Below are positions 1-19,100 of a stretch of DNA of 64,000 nt, in pieces; position 1 is the stretch's first letter; the number at the start of each line of letters is the position of its first letter. The notes beneath the pieces were generated by a model. It saw only the letters and a program-made list of their open reading frames with translations. It did no database searches and was not told the DNA's origin. The position numbers were made by a program, and so were the translations under genes. This DNA is from the human T2T-CHM13v2.0 reference genome, Homo sapiens: NCBI RefSeq assembly GCF_009914755.1, contig NC_060946.1, one strand, 5' to 3'.

Positions 1-295
<295 letters not shown>

Positions 296-313
296 TAATG
301 TACATTATACAAT

Positions 314-828
314 TGCTGAGACCATCTCTGTTGGGGAGACCCTAACCCAGCGGCACTGGAGGAATTAAAGACACACACACACAGAAATATAGACATGTGA
401 ATTGGGAAATCAGGGGTCTCACAGCCTTCAGAGTTGAGAGCCCCAAACAGAGATTTATCCACATATTTATTAGCAGCAAGCCAGTCATTAGCATTGTTTC
501 TATAGATATTAAATTAATTAAAATTATCCCTTATTGAAAACAAAGGGATGGGCTGAATTAAAGGAATAGGTTGGGCTAGTTAACTGCAGCAGGAGCACAA
601 CCTTAAGGCACAGATGGCTCATGCTATCGTTTGTGGCTTAAGAATGCCTTTAAGAGGTTTTCCATCCTGGGCAGACCAGGTGTTCCTTGCTCTCATTCCG
701 GTAAACCCACAACCTTCCAGCGTGGGCATTACGGCCATCATGAACATGTCACGGTGCTGCAGAGATTTTGTTTATGGCCAGTTTTGGGGCCTGTTTATGG
801 CCAGATTTTGGGGGGCTTGTTCCTAACA
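314..828 (-). mobile_element. MER9-type solo LTR (HERV-K9/HML-3)
   Basis: Reverse complement begins tgttaggaacaagcccccaaaatctggccataaac and ends gggttagggtctcccc..ggtctcagca, as I recall MER9. TG..CA termini; flanks acaat/gcaat resemble a TSD. Confidence 0.85.
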
Positions 829-1042
829 GCAATTATATAATGAATTATATAATTGGAATCCTAATTATATAATTTTCAAATAGAGGCAAAGATTGACACC
901 TTGTTGGGTATAGAGGGCATGATGACTAGGAAGGAGCATAAGTGGGGGCCACTGTAGTTTGGTTAATGCTGTATTTCTTGTTTGGGGGTTGTTTATGTGG
1001 GCATATTCATGTTTGAAATTTTTTTTATGCCTCAAAAGACTC

Positions 1043-1171
1043 TTTTTTTTTTCAAGGCAGAAGAATTTTTCTTAGTACAGAACAAAATGGAGGCTCCTAT
1101 GTCTACTTCTTTCTACACAGACACAGTAACAATCTGATCTCTTTCTTTTCCCCACATTTCCCCCTTTTCTT
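1043..1171 (-). mobile_element. Short HERV-K LTR5 / SVA SINE-R fragment with A-tail
   Basis: Reverse complement reads aagaaaagggggaaa-tgtggggaaaagaaagagatcagattgttactgtgtctgtgtagaaagaagtagacatagg..ttcttctgccttg followed by A10 (polypurine tract plus U3 start). Confidence 0.85.
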
Positions 1172-1706
1172 TCTACTATAACTTATGATTTGTACTTTTT
1201 GTATATGTTATAGTCAATACAAAAGTTTGATTTAAAGCTGACACTAGTTGCCATTTTAGAACTTCCATTTCAGTAAACAGCAAATATTAATGATATAAAC
1301 ATAAAAATGCACATATGCTTATAAATTATGGACATGTATGAAGGCAAAGAACAAGGTGCTATGGGATCGAGTCACTGAGAGATCTGCTTTTATGAGATGT
1401 TTTGGCCAGACCTCTATGAGAAAGAGTTGTTCAAGTTGAGTGAGGTGGAGCGCAGTGTAAAATAAGGTTGGAGAGGCATGCAGGAATTTTAGGACATCCT
1501 GGAGAGTTTAGTCTTCATCCCAAGATTGATGGGCAACTTTAGAAGGGCTCTTAAGGGGTTAATTGAGTAATTAAGTTTTAAAAATAATTATTCTGGCTAC
1601 ACTGTGAATTGTGGACTTGAAAATGGACCAGAATTGAATTCCAGTGAGCCATTTAAAGACTACTGCAGTGCTCCAGGCAAAAAATGATGGCATCCATGAT
1701 CTAGAC

Positions 1707-1868
1707 CAGGGACCTGCCAGCTTTTTATGTAAGAAGTGTGTGTTCTACCTACTAAACTTTGCCATTGTAGCATGACAGCGGCCATAAACAATGCATGAAT
1801 GAACAAGTATGGCTGTGTTCCAGTAAAACCTGATTTACAAAAACAGATATTGTAGTTACCAATCTCTG
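1707..1868 (+). mobile_element. MER58A-like hAT-Charlie MITE
   Basis: caggg..ctg ends, internal ggctgtgttccagtaaaac..tttacaaaaacag, 8-bp TSD atctagac/atctagag. Confidence 0.8.
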
Positions 1869-1923
1869 ATCTAGAGTAAAGAAAAAATTTAGGTATATTT
1901 TGGAAGTAGATTTAATAGGATAT

Positions 1924-2385
1924 GGACTAGGTGCAGTGGCTCTTGCCTGTAATCCCAGCACTTTGGGAGGCCGAGGTGGGTGGATCATGATGTCAGGAGT
2001 TCAAGACCAGCTTGGCCAAGATGATGAAACCCTGTATCTACTAAAAATACAAAAAATTAGCTGCTTGTGGTGGCAGGCACCTGTAATCCCAGCTACTTGG
2101 GAGGCTGAGGTAGAGAATTGCTTGAACCCAGGAGGCAGAGGTTGCAGTGAGCCCAGATTATGCCACTGCACTGCAGCCTGGGTGACAGAGTGAGACTCTT
2201 ATCGAAAAAAAAAAGAAAATTAAAAAATTAGCTGGGCATTGGGGCATGCATTTGTAATCCTGGCTACTCAGGAAGCTGGGGAAATAGGATCGCTTGAGGC
2301 TGGGAGTTTGAGGTTGCAGCGAGCTATCATCCCACCACTGAACTCCAGCATATGTAACAGAGCTAGATCTTGTGTCTAAAAAAAA
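1924..2385 (+). mobile_element. Alu followed by an older right-monomer (FRAM/AluJ-like) fragment
   Basis: Full Alu 1924-~2219 with A-tail, then a second right arm to ~2385. Confidence 0.9.
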
Positions 2386-3138
2386 GTTTTTTAAAAATAG
2401 AATATATATTGGATGTTGGGAATGTCAGTAAGAGGAGAGGAATCAAGGATGATTTCTAGGTTTTTGGTTTGAGTAATTTATGAAAAATGAGTGGTGTTGC
2501 TTATTAGGGGTCAAGTTCATTGAAAGTCCAAAACCCACTCATCTAAAATAGTGAATAGTGAATATTGACATGTCAAAGTTCTGGTGTTCTCCTCATCTTT
2601 GGTCCAGAATTACTTTTATTATTTTATACACATAGTAGTCACCAATTACACAAACAATTAAAGTGAGGGGGAAAAAAAGAATCCATCATATTGATCATTG
2701 TTGTGTTTTCTGGTAATAGGAGAAAAAATCGTAGGAAAGAAAAAAATATCGAATATTCTCATACTCTCATTGACAGTGCATCTTTAGCCCTCATGTTCTC
2801 CCTTCCTCCAAAAATAACATCCCCTGCACTCTTGCCCCAAATTGATACCCTTATAAGGATAAAACAGAGAATGTACAGGTTAGAGGAGATCATATGTTAA
2901 TTCTTTACATACATCAGTGACATTGGGGACAGAGGTGGCTGCTAAGTAGAGCTGCCATCTGCTCTCTGGACAAGCACTCTTTCCCATTCCATTTGTAAGA
3001 GGCACCTGTTCAAGTAACTGCCTTATTACCACTACTATGTCAAAACTGTAATGCTGTTTTGATTTTCTTTATAGTTTGATGTGTTTGAAATGATATATTT
3101 CATATATATATATTTAAATCAACCTTTGAATGTTACAG

Positions 3139-3270
3139 GCTTTGCTTTCTGTACGTAGTAGTGTGGCTCAGAAGAATTATGACCCTATGTTGCCTCCTAT
3201 GCCTGAAGATATTGACGATGAGGAAGACTCAATACAAATAATCGGTTTGTTCAAAAATAGAGAACCACTG
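3139..3270 (+). pseudogene. Isolated unprocessed exon copy of MPP7 (L27-PDZ linker)
   Basis: ttacag|..|gtgagt boundaries, 132 nt, open frame [44 protein letters not shown]; recalled MPP7 is [44 protein letters not shown]. Confidence 0.85.
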
Positions 3271-3432
3271 GTGAGTTTTGGTGCTCAGATATGAGTAGAT
3301 ATCATGATGAGGCTCAATCTGATGGTGCATACCATGTATAACTCTTTTTGAAATATGCCTCCTCTGTGTTCTCAAATTTTAAAAGAAATGGAACATTGAT
3401 GTCTAAAGAACATGCTATTGAAAAATGAAAAT

Positions 3433-3758
<326 letters not shown>

Positions 3759-4071
3759 TTATTGGCTACATTTGAATAGCAATGCTTTTGAAAACGTGAC
3801 CTGTTGACATTTATGAAAGAAAGTGTAACATGTACCAAGCATGACTGATTTTAGATTAAATGGTACAATAAAAAAAAATTGCCTTTGTCTATAGGAACAC
3901 AACTTTAAGTTATTTTATATACTTCATTCAACAGCTTTTTAAATTTAATTTACAGCAGATCCAACAAAACTTTTGAGAAGTCTCAATGAAGTAAACATTT
4001 AATTTCTTAGATAAACATCTTTTGAGGATCTTATTTGGTCAGGAGGCGTGCAAATTAAATTTGTTTAATTT

Positions 4072-4405
<334 letters not shown>

Positions 4406-5240
4406 TCAACATCTGATTTCTTTCGTTGGCTGATAGATTTTTTTCCTTCTTTCCACTAACAATAAGGGATTAGTAACCTGTGTCATCATTATACCTCTAA
4501 CTCTTCTGGCCACCAGACTTGCCTCTCTACTTACTAGATTTTTTTCCCACAAACCTACACCTGTTTAGGTGTTCTCTGCATTAATGAACAGCATTCATCC
4601 AAGCTAAAAACCTGGCTACCAACCTACATTTGTCCATCTTGCCTCACCTCCCACATCCATTAACCACTAAAGTCCTGTTGACCCAATCTCCTAAATCTTT
4701 CTTAAATCTGTCCCACTGCCGTAGATAGGCTATAACCATTTGTTGCCTAAATTACTCTAATGAATACTTGTTTAGTCTCCTTGCCTCTAGTCTTGCTGCA
4801 TTCAGTCGCACCTCCAGACTGCCACCCATCAGTCCTTCTAAAATGATGATCTAGTTACATTACTTTACTTTATTTCTTACCTCTACCTGATATACTGGGA
4901 ATTTCATCATTTGGTCTCTACCTGCCATGTTTCTCTTCTCGCCATTCAATATGCCCCTCTGTTTCTTGCTCTTCTTTTGGCATTGAAGTCTTATGTAAGT
5001 TTGCTGGTAGATCTTGAGCACTGAAGGCTAATTGTTCCATACCCCTGTCAAATTGTTCATGGTGTTTATTTTCTCTCTTGAGAAAGGGAAACCATCAGCA
5101 GAATCTCCATTTCTACATAGAGTAAGTTACAAATATAGTGGAATTTGTATAGTGGTGTTTCAGATGTCCTATTCTCTATAATACCTTTCCTGTCTTCCTG
5201 AGGTAGCATACCTAATACTTCTAATATAATATCTAAATGA

Positions 5241-5624
<384 letters not shown>

Positions 5625-6010
5625 ACATCTTCAGAACTTATATAAGACCAAGTATGTGAATGCTGCTTAGTAGACATTTAGTAAATTAATGAAATTATTC
5701 CTCTAGCAGAGATAAAGGGATGTGAATATTAAGCCAATCAAACTCTAAGATAACATGTGACCTCTTTTCAGTATAGTATTCTTGCAGAGAATAATGCCAC
5801 CTTCTTGATACTATTAATTGATTAACGCAGGAATAGGATCTAGTGTTAGTTTCCTAGTTATTGATTAATTCATTGTTGAGTCTTAATCCATTTCTTCACA
5901 TTGACAGTAAAAATTATAGAATTTTAGTGAATTTATTTGAGTGGTCACAATATTGTTGGGAAATGTCACTGTGTCGTTAACCAGTATTGATGTGTTGTTT
6001 GTGTATTCAC

Positions 6011-6398
6011 GGGTTTCTTTTGCGGGACAGAGGATCAGATGTTGAGAGTTTGGACAGACTCATGAAAACCAAAAACATACCTGAAGCTCACCAAAATGCA
6101 TTGAAAACTGGGTTTGCAGAAGGTTTTCTGAAAGCTCAAGCACTCTCAAAAAAAAAACAGTAGTAAGTTGATTTGAAACTGTCCATGTTTGAGAAGAATA
6201 ACTGAAAGGAAGTCATAGTCCTACATTTAAGTTTTAAGTAACTTTTCTAAGACTATCCATCTTTCTATTGATTGAATTCCACTATATTTGTAACCTTATG
6301 TAGAAATGGAGATTCTGCTGATGGTTTCCCTTTCTCAAGAGAGAAAACAAATTGAAGAACAGGAAGTGTGAGTGGCTTAACAAAGGTTTTTGTTTCTT

Positions 6399-6438
<40 letters not shown>

Positions 6439-8591
6439 GAGACACAGTTGTGCTTCATTGCCCAAGCCAGGAGTGCAGTGGTGTAATCACGGCTCCTAGC
6501 AGTCTTAACTTTCTGGTCTCAAGTGATTCTCTCACCTCAGCCTCCTGAGTAGCTAGGACCACAGGTATGTGCCACTACGTCCAGCTAATTTTTGTAGAGA
6601 TGTAATCATTCCATGTTGTCCAGGCTGGTCTTGAACTCCAGGACTCAAGTGATCCTCCTGCATTGACCTCTTAAAGTGCTGGGATGATAGGCATGAGCCA
6701 CCATGCTCAGCCTTAATGAAGTTTTTGATAATAGGATACTTACAGGAAATCATAGCAGTTATGAAAAAGAATGCCAGATTCCAAAATTGCATGTGATGAA
6801 ATATGATTATCAATAACCTAATATTTGCATTTCATTGAGCTGTCATATTTCATTAATGTTATTTGATGTAAGGCTTTTTCTTTCTCTCCTAGATTCCCTA
6901 AGACGAACCTGTCTGATTCTCTTCTTTCTGCTGCTATTCGGCATTTACGGACTTTTAAAAAACCCATTTTATCTGGTAAAAGTATTTTTATTAATCTAAC
7001 TTGTTAGTTTCTTATTCCTTTAAATACATGATTCTATTTAATGCTTAATCTAAACCTTAAAGAAAGAACATATTAATGTTTATAGTTCCAGAAGCTAGGC
7101 TTTCACTCCTAGTAGTGGTTAGTTTCTCAGATTTTTAGAAAATGATACCTGTCTAGTTATAAAATTTAAAAATTATCCTGATCAACAGGGTGAAAGGAAA
7201 ATTAATTAATTAGTTAATTAATTTAAAAATTATGTGGAAGAATTTTAGAATAGCAATACAAGCTGAAATAGCCTTCTATTTCAAAGATAAACTAATAAAT
7301 TCAATTTATTCAGAAAATTACATTAAATGTTTCTCTTTTTTATAGTTTGCTTATCTGAAATGAAGTAATAGTGTAAGACTTAAGTGTTTCCAATTACTTT
7401 TTCAACCACCATGCAGTTTTCACGCTGTGTTCTCTATTCTCTTTATTATTAAGGATATGTACAGATTTAAAAAAATACTTTAGTGGGCTAAAACTATTAG
7501 TGTTCATTCTAGAATTACTATTTTAAATTTGCTCTCCCAACTTCTGTGTTCTTGATTTATTAAGGATTTCTTCTTAACCCTGTATTTTGCCAACTCATTT
7601 TTCAGCCTATCTTAAAAGTATTTTTGGGCTTCTTTTGAGGAAAATAGAAATTGCTCAATTTACTCATTTATAACTGCTCTAGTTTGGAAGTTTCTGAGTG
7701 GGAAAGATTTAAGAAATCCTTGTAATAGTTCTCCAAAATTGATCTCAAATATTTTACTGTCCTGTCAGACTTTTTCTGTCTTGGTTGTACTTAATGATGT
7801 CATAACCGATAGGTCATTTGAGGGCAAGTAATAACAGTTGTCAGAAGAAAAAGACTACATGGAAAGTGTAGTCTTTCCATGGGTCAAATCTCAATTTTTT
7901 ATTAGTGTGTGTCAGTATTTTCTGCTAACTTTAAGGCAATATATTTCAAAGTGTAGATCTGTGACCAGTTATATCAGAATAATCTAAGTTTTTGTTAAAA
8001 ATGCAAATTCTCCTGGGCCCTTTCTCAAATTTACAAACATAGTTCTGTGTTATGGCCTGAGAACCAGCATTTTAACATATTTCTCAAGTGAGTTTTATTC
8101 ACACCAAAGATTGAGAAATGCTGAATTAAGATTTCTATCATTAGATACTACAATAAGAAGTGGAAAATAATTTTTGATTTTACTAACTGGAAAGTACAAA
8201 TATGTCTTAGTATTTTTTAATTTTTATTTTTTCAAGTTTATTAAGAAGGTAAAGGAATAAAAGAACGGAATGGCTACTCCATAGGCAGAGCAGCTGAAAT
8301 ATGTCTTTTTAATGTGAATCACTTACTCTTTGAAAATGGTTTAGAAACCCAGAAGACCTAGTTTATATTCCTCATTCTGATTTGATATGTGAAGTTAGTT
8401 CCCTTAGACATTTAATTTTTCTAGGCTTTGCTTTCTTGCATCTAAAAAGTAAAGTGATTGGAATGTTATTAATCTATCAAATATAAGCATTTCTTTTCTT
8501 CCCTTTAGTCTGCTTCCAGACAACAATGGGGCTTGATTCTGCAATAGATCCTGTCCAGATAAAAGATGTTACCTTTGAACGTGTTAAAGTC
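6011..8591 (+). pseudogene. YME1L1P1: Unprocessed YME1L1 pseudogene fragment, three exons (6011-6162, 6893-6975, 8509-8591)
   Basis: Translations GFLLRDRGSDVESLDRLMKTKNIPEAHQNALKTGFAEGFLKAQAL / DSLRRTCLILFFLLLFGIYGLLKNPF / CFQTTMGLDSAIDPVQIKDVTFERVK match YME1L1. First acceptor is AC instead of AG, +1 and -1 indels, last donor is ataag. Symbol assigned from recalled locus context; could be a paralogous copy. Confidence 0.85.
6388..6712 (-). mobile_element. AluJ-like with (TG)n microsatellite tail (about 6403-6434)
   Basis: Antisense Alu consensus preceded by a TG dinucleotide run. Confidence 0.9.
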
Positions 8592-9130
8592 ATAAGTTGA
8601 GAAGATTGCCTTGCCTTCTTCATACATTCTCTAATTGATACTCTGTATAAAGTCCATATTTGATTCTGCAATGTATTCTGGAATAGGTAAAATTGCATCC
8701 CAAAGTATTAGAAACATTTGTATTTTGGGATAAATAATAATAGCCAAGTATCAAATCTTGCTTTATGACAGGGATTAGTATAATTTATGAAGGAGCAGCC
8801 TGGTATAGTGGAGTGAATGTGGACTTCAGAGTCAAGTTGACTAACTTTTGAAATTCATTTTAATACTTATTAGCTATGTAACCTTGAAGAAATTACTTTA
8901 GATTCTGACAAATAATGTGTGTGCTTGGCACATAGTAGACAGTTAATAAATGGTCCTTCTTTACCTGTTCCTCTTATTGATCTTTCTAACTCCAGTAGCC
9001 TCCCGAAGTGCTGGGATTACAGAGGTGAGCCATCGCACCCAGCTGACAATGTATATTTCTTGAATGAATGAATAGAATGGATAGATGCTAGTTTATAGTC
9101 AATTAATTTGTTAAATATTTAATGGTATCT

Positions 9131-9461
<331 letters not shown>

Positions 9462-9869
9462 TAAATATTTAATAGTATCTGTTAAGAGCTAGACTCTATT
9501 TTAGCTGCTGGAATAGAATAATCTCTGTCTTCATAGAGTTTAAATTCTAAAAGCAGGAACTGGACATTGATATGTCATATTAGAATTTAGTAGAATATGT
9601 TAAAAGGTAATAAAAATGTATGGAGGAAAGAATAGAGCAAGGTAAAGAGGTTTAGAAGCTCTGGGAGAAGGATTATAGTTTTAAATGGAATGTTCAAGGT
9701 GTGATTGAAGGAGAAGGTGACATTTGAGAGAAAATCTGAAGGAGAAGAAGGAATAAACTGCATTTATCTTAGAAAAGAACATTTCTGGCAAAAGGAACAG
9801 ATTGAGCAAAGGCTCTGAGGTAGTAGGGTGTCTGTTTAGTTCATTTTTGAAAGTAGGACCAATAGGATT

Positions 9870-10168
<299 letters not shown>

Positions 10169-10340
10169 TTTACTGAGGTATTAAAAGGCTGTGAGTGGAA
10201 CAGATTTGGGGGATGAAGGTTAGAAATTTAGTTTTAGGTATGTTAAGTGTGAGAGATACAAATGAAAGTGTTGCATGACTTGGATATACCACTTTGGAGA
10301 TATGGGAGAGATCTGAGCTAGAACTAAAAATATGAGATTG

Positions 10341-15810
<5,470 letters not shown>

Positions 15811-16147
15811 TAGGGTTAAGGTTGGTGTTAGGGTTAGGGGTTAGGGGTTAAGTTTAGGGTTAGGGGTTGGAGATAGGGGTTGGGGTCAGAGTTAGGGGTT
15901 AGGAGTCAACATTTACAGTTGGGGTTGAGAGGTTAGGGGTTAGGGATTAGGGGTTGGGCTTGGGTTAGGGTGAGGATGAGGGTTGGGGTTAGGTTTTAGG
16001 GTTAGGGTTAGGGTTAGGGGTTAGGGTTAAGGGTTAAGGGTTAGGGTTAGGGGTTAGGGGTTATGGTCAGGGGTTAGGGGTCAGGGTCAGGGGTTATGGG
16101 TCAGGGTCAGGGTCAGGGTCAGGGTCAGGGGTCAGAGTCAGGGTTAG
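15811..16147 (+). repeat. Degenerate interstitial telomeric repeat (TTAGGG/TTAGGGG/TTGGGG/TCAGGG)
   Basis: Directly visible gggttagggttagggtta.. with a TCAGGG block at the distal end. Confidence 0.97.
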
Positions 16148-16149
16148 CA

Positions 16150-19100
16150 GTCCCAATCTGTGGGTTGTCTATTTACTCTGCTGACTGTTCCCTTTGCCAT
16201 GCAAAAGCTTTTTAGTTTAATTAAGCCCCAGCTATTTATCTTTGTTTTTATTGCATTTTCATTTGGTTTCTTGGTCATGAAATCCTTGCCTATGCCAATG
16301 TCTAGAAGGGTTTATCCAGTGTTATCTTCTAGAATTCTTATAGTTCAGGAATTAGGTTTAAGTTCTTAATCCATCTTGAGTAGATTTTTGTATAAGGTGA
16401 GAGATGAGAATCCAGTTTTATTCCCCTACATGTGGCTCGCCAATTATCCCAACATCATGTGTAGGAAAGGGTGTCCTTTCCCCACTTATTTTTTTTTTTA
16501 CTTTGTCGAAGATCAGTTGGCTGTAAGTATTTGGGTGAATTTCTGGGTTCTCTCTTCTGTTCTATTGGTTTATGTGCCTATTTTTAAACCAGTACCATGC
16601 TGTTTTGGTAGCTATGGCCTTATTGTACAGTTTGAAATCAAGTAGTGTGATGCCTCCAGGTTTGTTCTTTTTGCTTAGCCTTGGTTTGGCTACATGGCTC
16701 TCTTTTTGTTCTGTATTAATTTTAGAATTGTTTTGTAATTCTGTGAAGAATGATGGTGGTATTCAGATGGGGATTGCATTGAATTTGTAGGTTGCTTTTA
16801 ACAGAATGGTAATTTTCACAATATTGGTTCTACCCATCTATGAGCATGGGGATGCATTTCCATTTGTTTGTGTCATCTATGATTTCTTTTCTTTCTTTTT
16901 TTTTCCAGAGGGAGTTTCACTCTTGTCGCTGAGGTGGGAGTGCAATGGTGTGATCTCGGCTCACTACAACTTCTGCCTCCTGGGTTCAAGCGATTCTCCT
17001 GCCTCAGCTTCCTGAGTAGCTGGGATTATAGGCATGCACCACCATGCTTGGCTCCATCTATGATTTCTTTCAGCAGTGTTTTGTCATTTTCATTGTAGAG
17101 GTCTTTTGATTCCTTTGCTAGGTATATTCCTAAGTTTTGTTTTTTGTTGTTTTTGTTTTTTGCAGCTATTGTAAAAGGGGTTGAGTTCTTGATGTGATTC
17201 TCTGCTTGGTAGCTGTTGATGTATAGAAGAGCTACTGATTTGTGTCCATTAATCTTGTATCTGGAAACTTTGCTGAATTCTTTTATCAGTTCTAGGAGCT
17301 TTCTAGAGGAGTCCGTAGGGTTTTCAAGGTGAAAGATCATATCGTCAGCAACCAGTGACAGTTTGATTTCCTCTTTACCAATTTGGATTTCCTCTATTTC
17401 TTTCTTTTGTCTGATTGCTCTGGCCAGGACTTCCAGTACTATGTTGAAGAGGAGTGGTGAGAGTAGGCTCCTTGTCTTGTTCCAGTTCTCAAAGGGAATG
17501 CTTTCACCTTCTCCCCATTCAGTATTATGTTGGCTGTGGGCTTGTCATAGGTGCGTTTTATTACATTAAGCTATGTCCCTTTTATGCCTATTTTGCTGAG
17601 AGCTTTAATCATAAAGCAATGCTAGATTTTGTCAAATGCTTTTTCTGCATCTGTTGATACAATCATGTGAGTTTTTTTTAAATTCTGTTTATTTGGTGTA
17701 TCACATTTATTGACTTGCATATGTTAAACCATTCCTGTATCGCTGGTATGAAACCCACTTGATAATCGTGGATTATCTTTTTGATATGTTTTGGATTCAG
17801 TTAGATAGTATTTTGTTAATTATTTTGGCATCTGCATTCATCAAGGATATTGGTCTGTAGTTTTCTTTTTTGGTTATGTCCTTTCTTTGTTTTGGTATTA
17901 GGGTGATGCTGGCTTCATAGAATGAATCAGGGAGGGTTTCTTCTTTCTCTGTCTTGTGGAATAGTGTGAAAGGATTGGTATCATTTCTTCTTTGAATGAA
18001 AGAAGACATTCTTTGAATGTCTGATAGAATTCTGCTGTGAATATGTTTGGTCCTCGGCTTTTTTTGTTGGTAATTTTATAATTACCATTTCAATCTTGCT
18101 GCTTGCTTTATTGATCTGCTTGGGGTATCTAATTCTTCCTGATTTAAGCTAGGAGGGTTGTATTTTTCCAGGAATTTATCCAACTCTTCTAGGTTTTCTA
18201 GTTTATGTGCCAAAAGGTGTTCATAGTACCCTTGAATAATCTTTAATATTTCAGTGGTGTCAGTTGTAATATCCCGTTTCATTTCTTAGTGAGGTTATTT
18301 GGGTTTTCTCTCTTCTTTTCTTGGTTAATCTTGCTAATGGTCTATCAATTTTATTTATCTTTTCAAATAACCAACTTTTTGTTTTATTTATGTTTTGTAT
18401 TTGTTGTTTTTGCTGTTGTTGTGTCAATTTCATTTAGTTCTGCTATGACCTTGATTATTTCCTTTGTTTGCTGGGATTGGGTTTGGCTCGTTCCTGCTTC
18501 TCTGGTTCCCTGAGATGTGAACTTAGATTGTCTCTTTGTGCTCTTTCAGACTTTTTCAAGTAGGTGTTTAGGGCTACAAACTTTCCTCTTAGCACTGCCT
18601 TTGCTGTATCCCAGAGGTCTTGATAGGTTGTGTCATCCAGTTCAAAGAAATTTTTTACATTTCCATCTTGATTTCGTTTTTCACCCAATGCTCATTCAGG
18701 AGCAGGTTATTTAATTTCCATGTATTTGCATGGTTTTGAAGATTCCTTTTGGAGTTAATTTTCAGTTTTATTCCACTGTGATCTGAGAGAGTGCGTGATA
18801 CAATTCCAATTTTCTTAAATTTACTGAGACTCGTTTTATGGCCTATCATATGGTCTATCTTGGAGAAAATTCCATGTGCTGTTGAATAGAATGTGTATTC
18901 TGTGGTTGCTGGATGAAATGTTCTGTATATATCTGTTAAGTCCATTTGTTCCAAAGTATAGTTTAAATCCAGTGTTTCTTTGTTGACTTTGTCTTGATGA
19001 CCTGTCTAGTGCTGTCAGTGGAGTATTGAAGTCCCCCATTATTATTGTGTTGCTGTCTATCTCATTTCTTATGTCTACTAGTAATTGTTTTATAAATTTG

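Noticed and set aside
6011-8591. Functional YME1L1 copy
   Set aside because: Only three internal exons, a lost acceptor and donor, indels, and no AAA or protease domain exons
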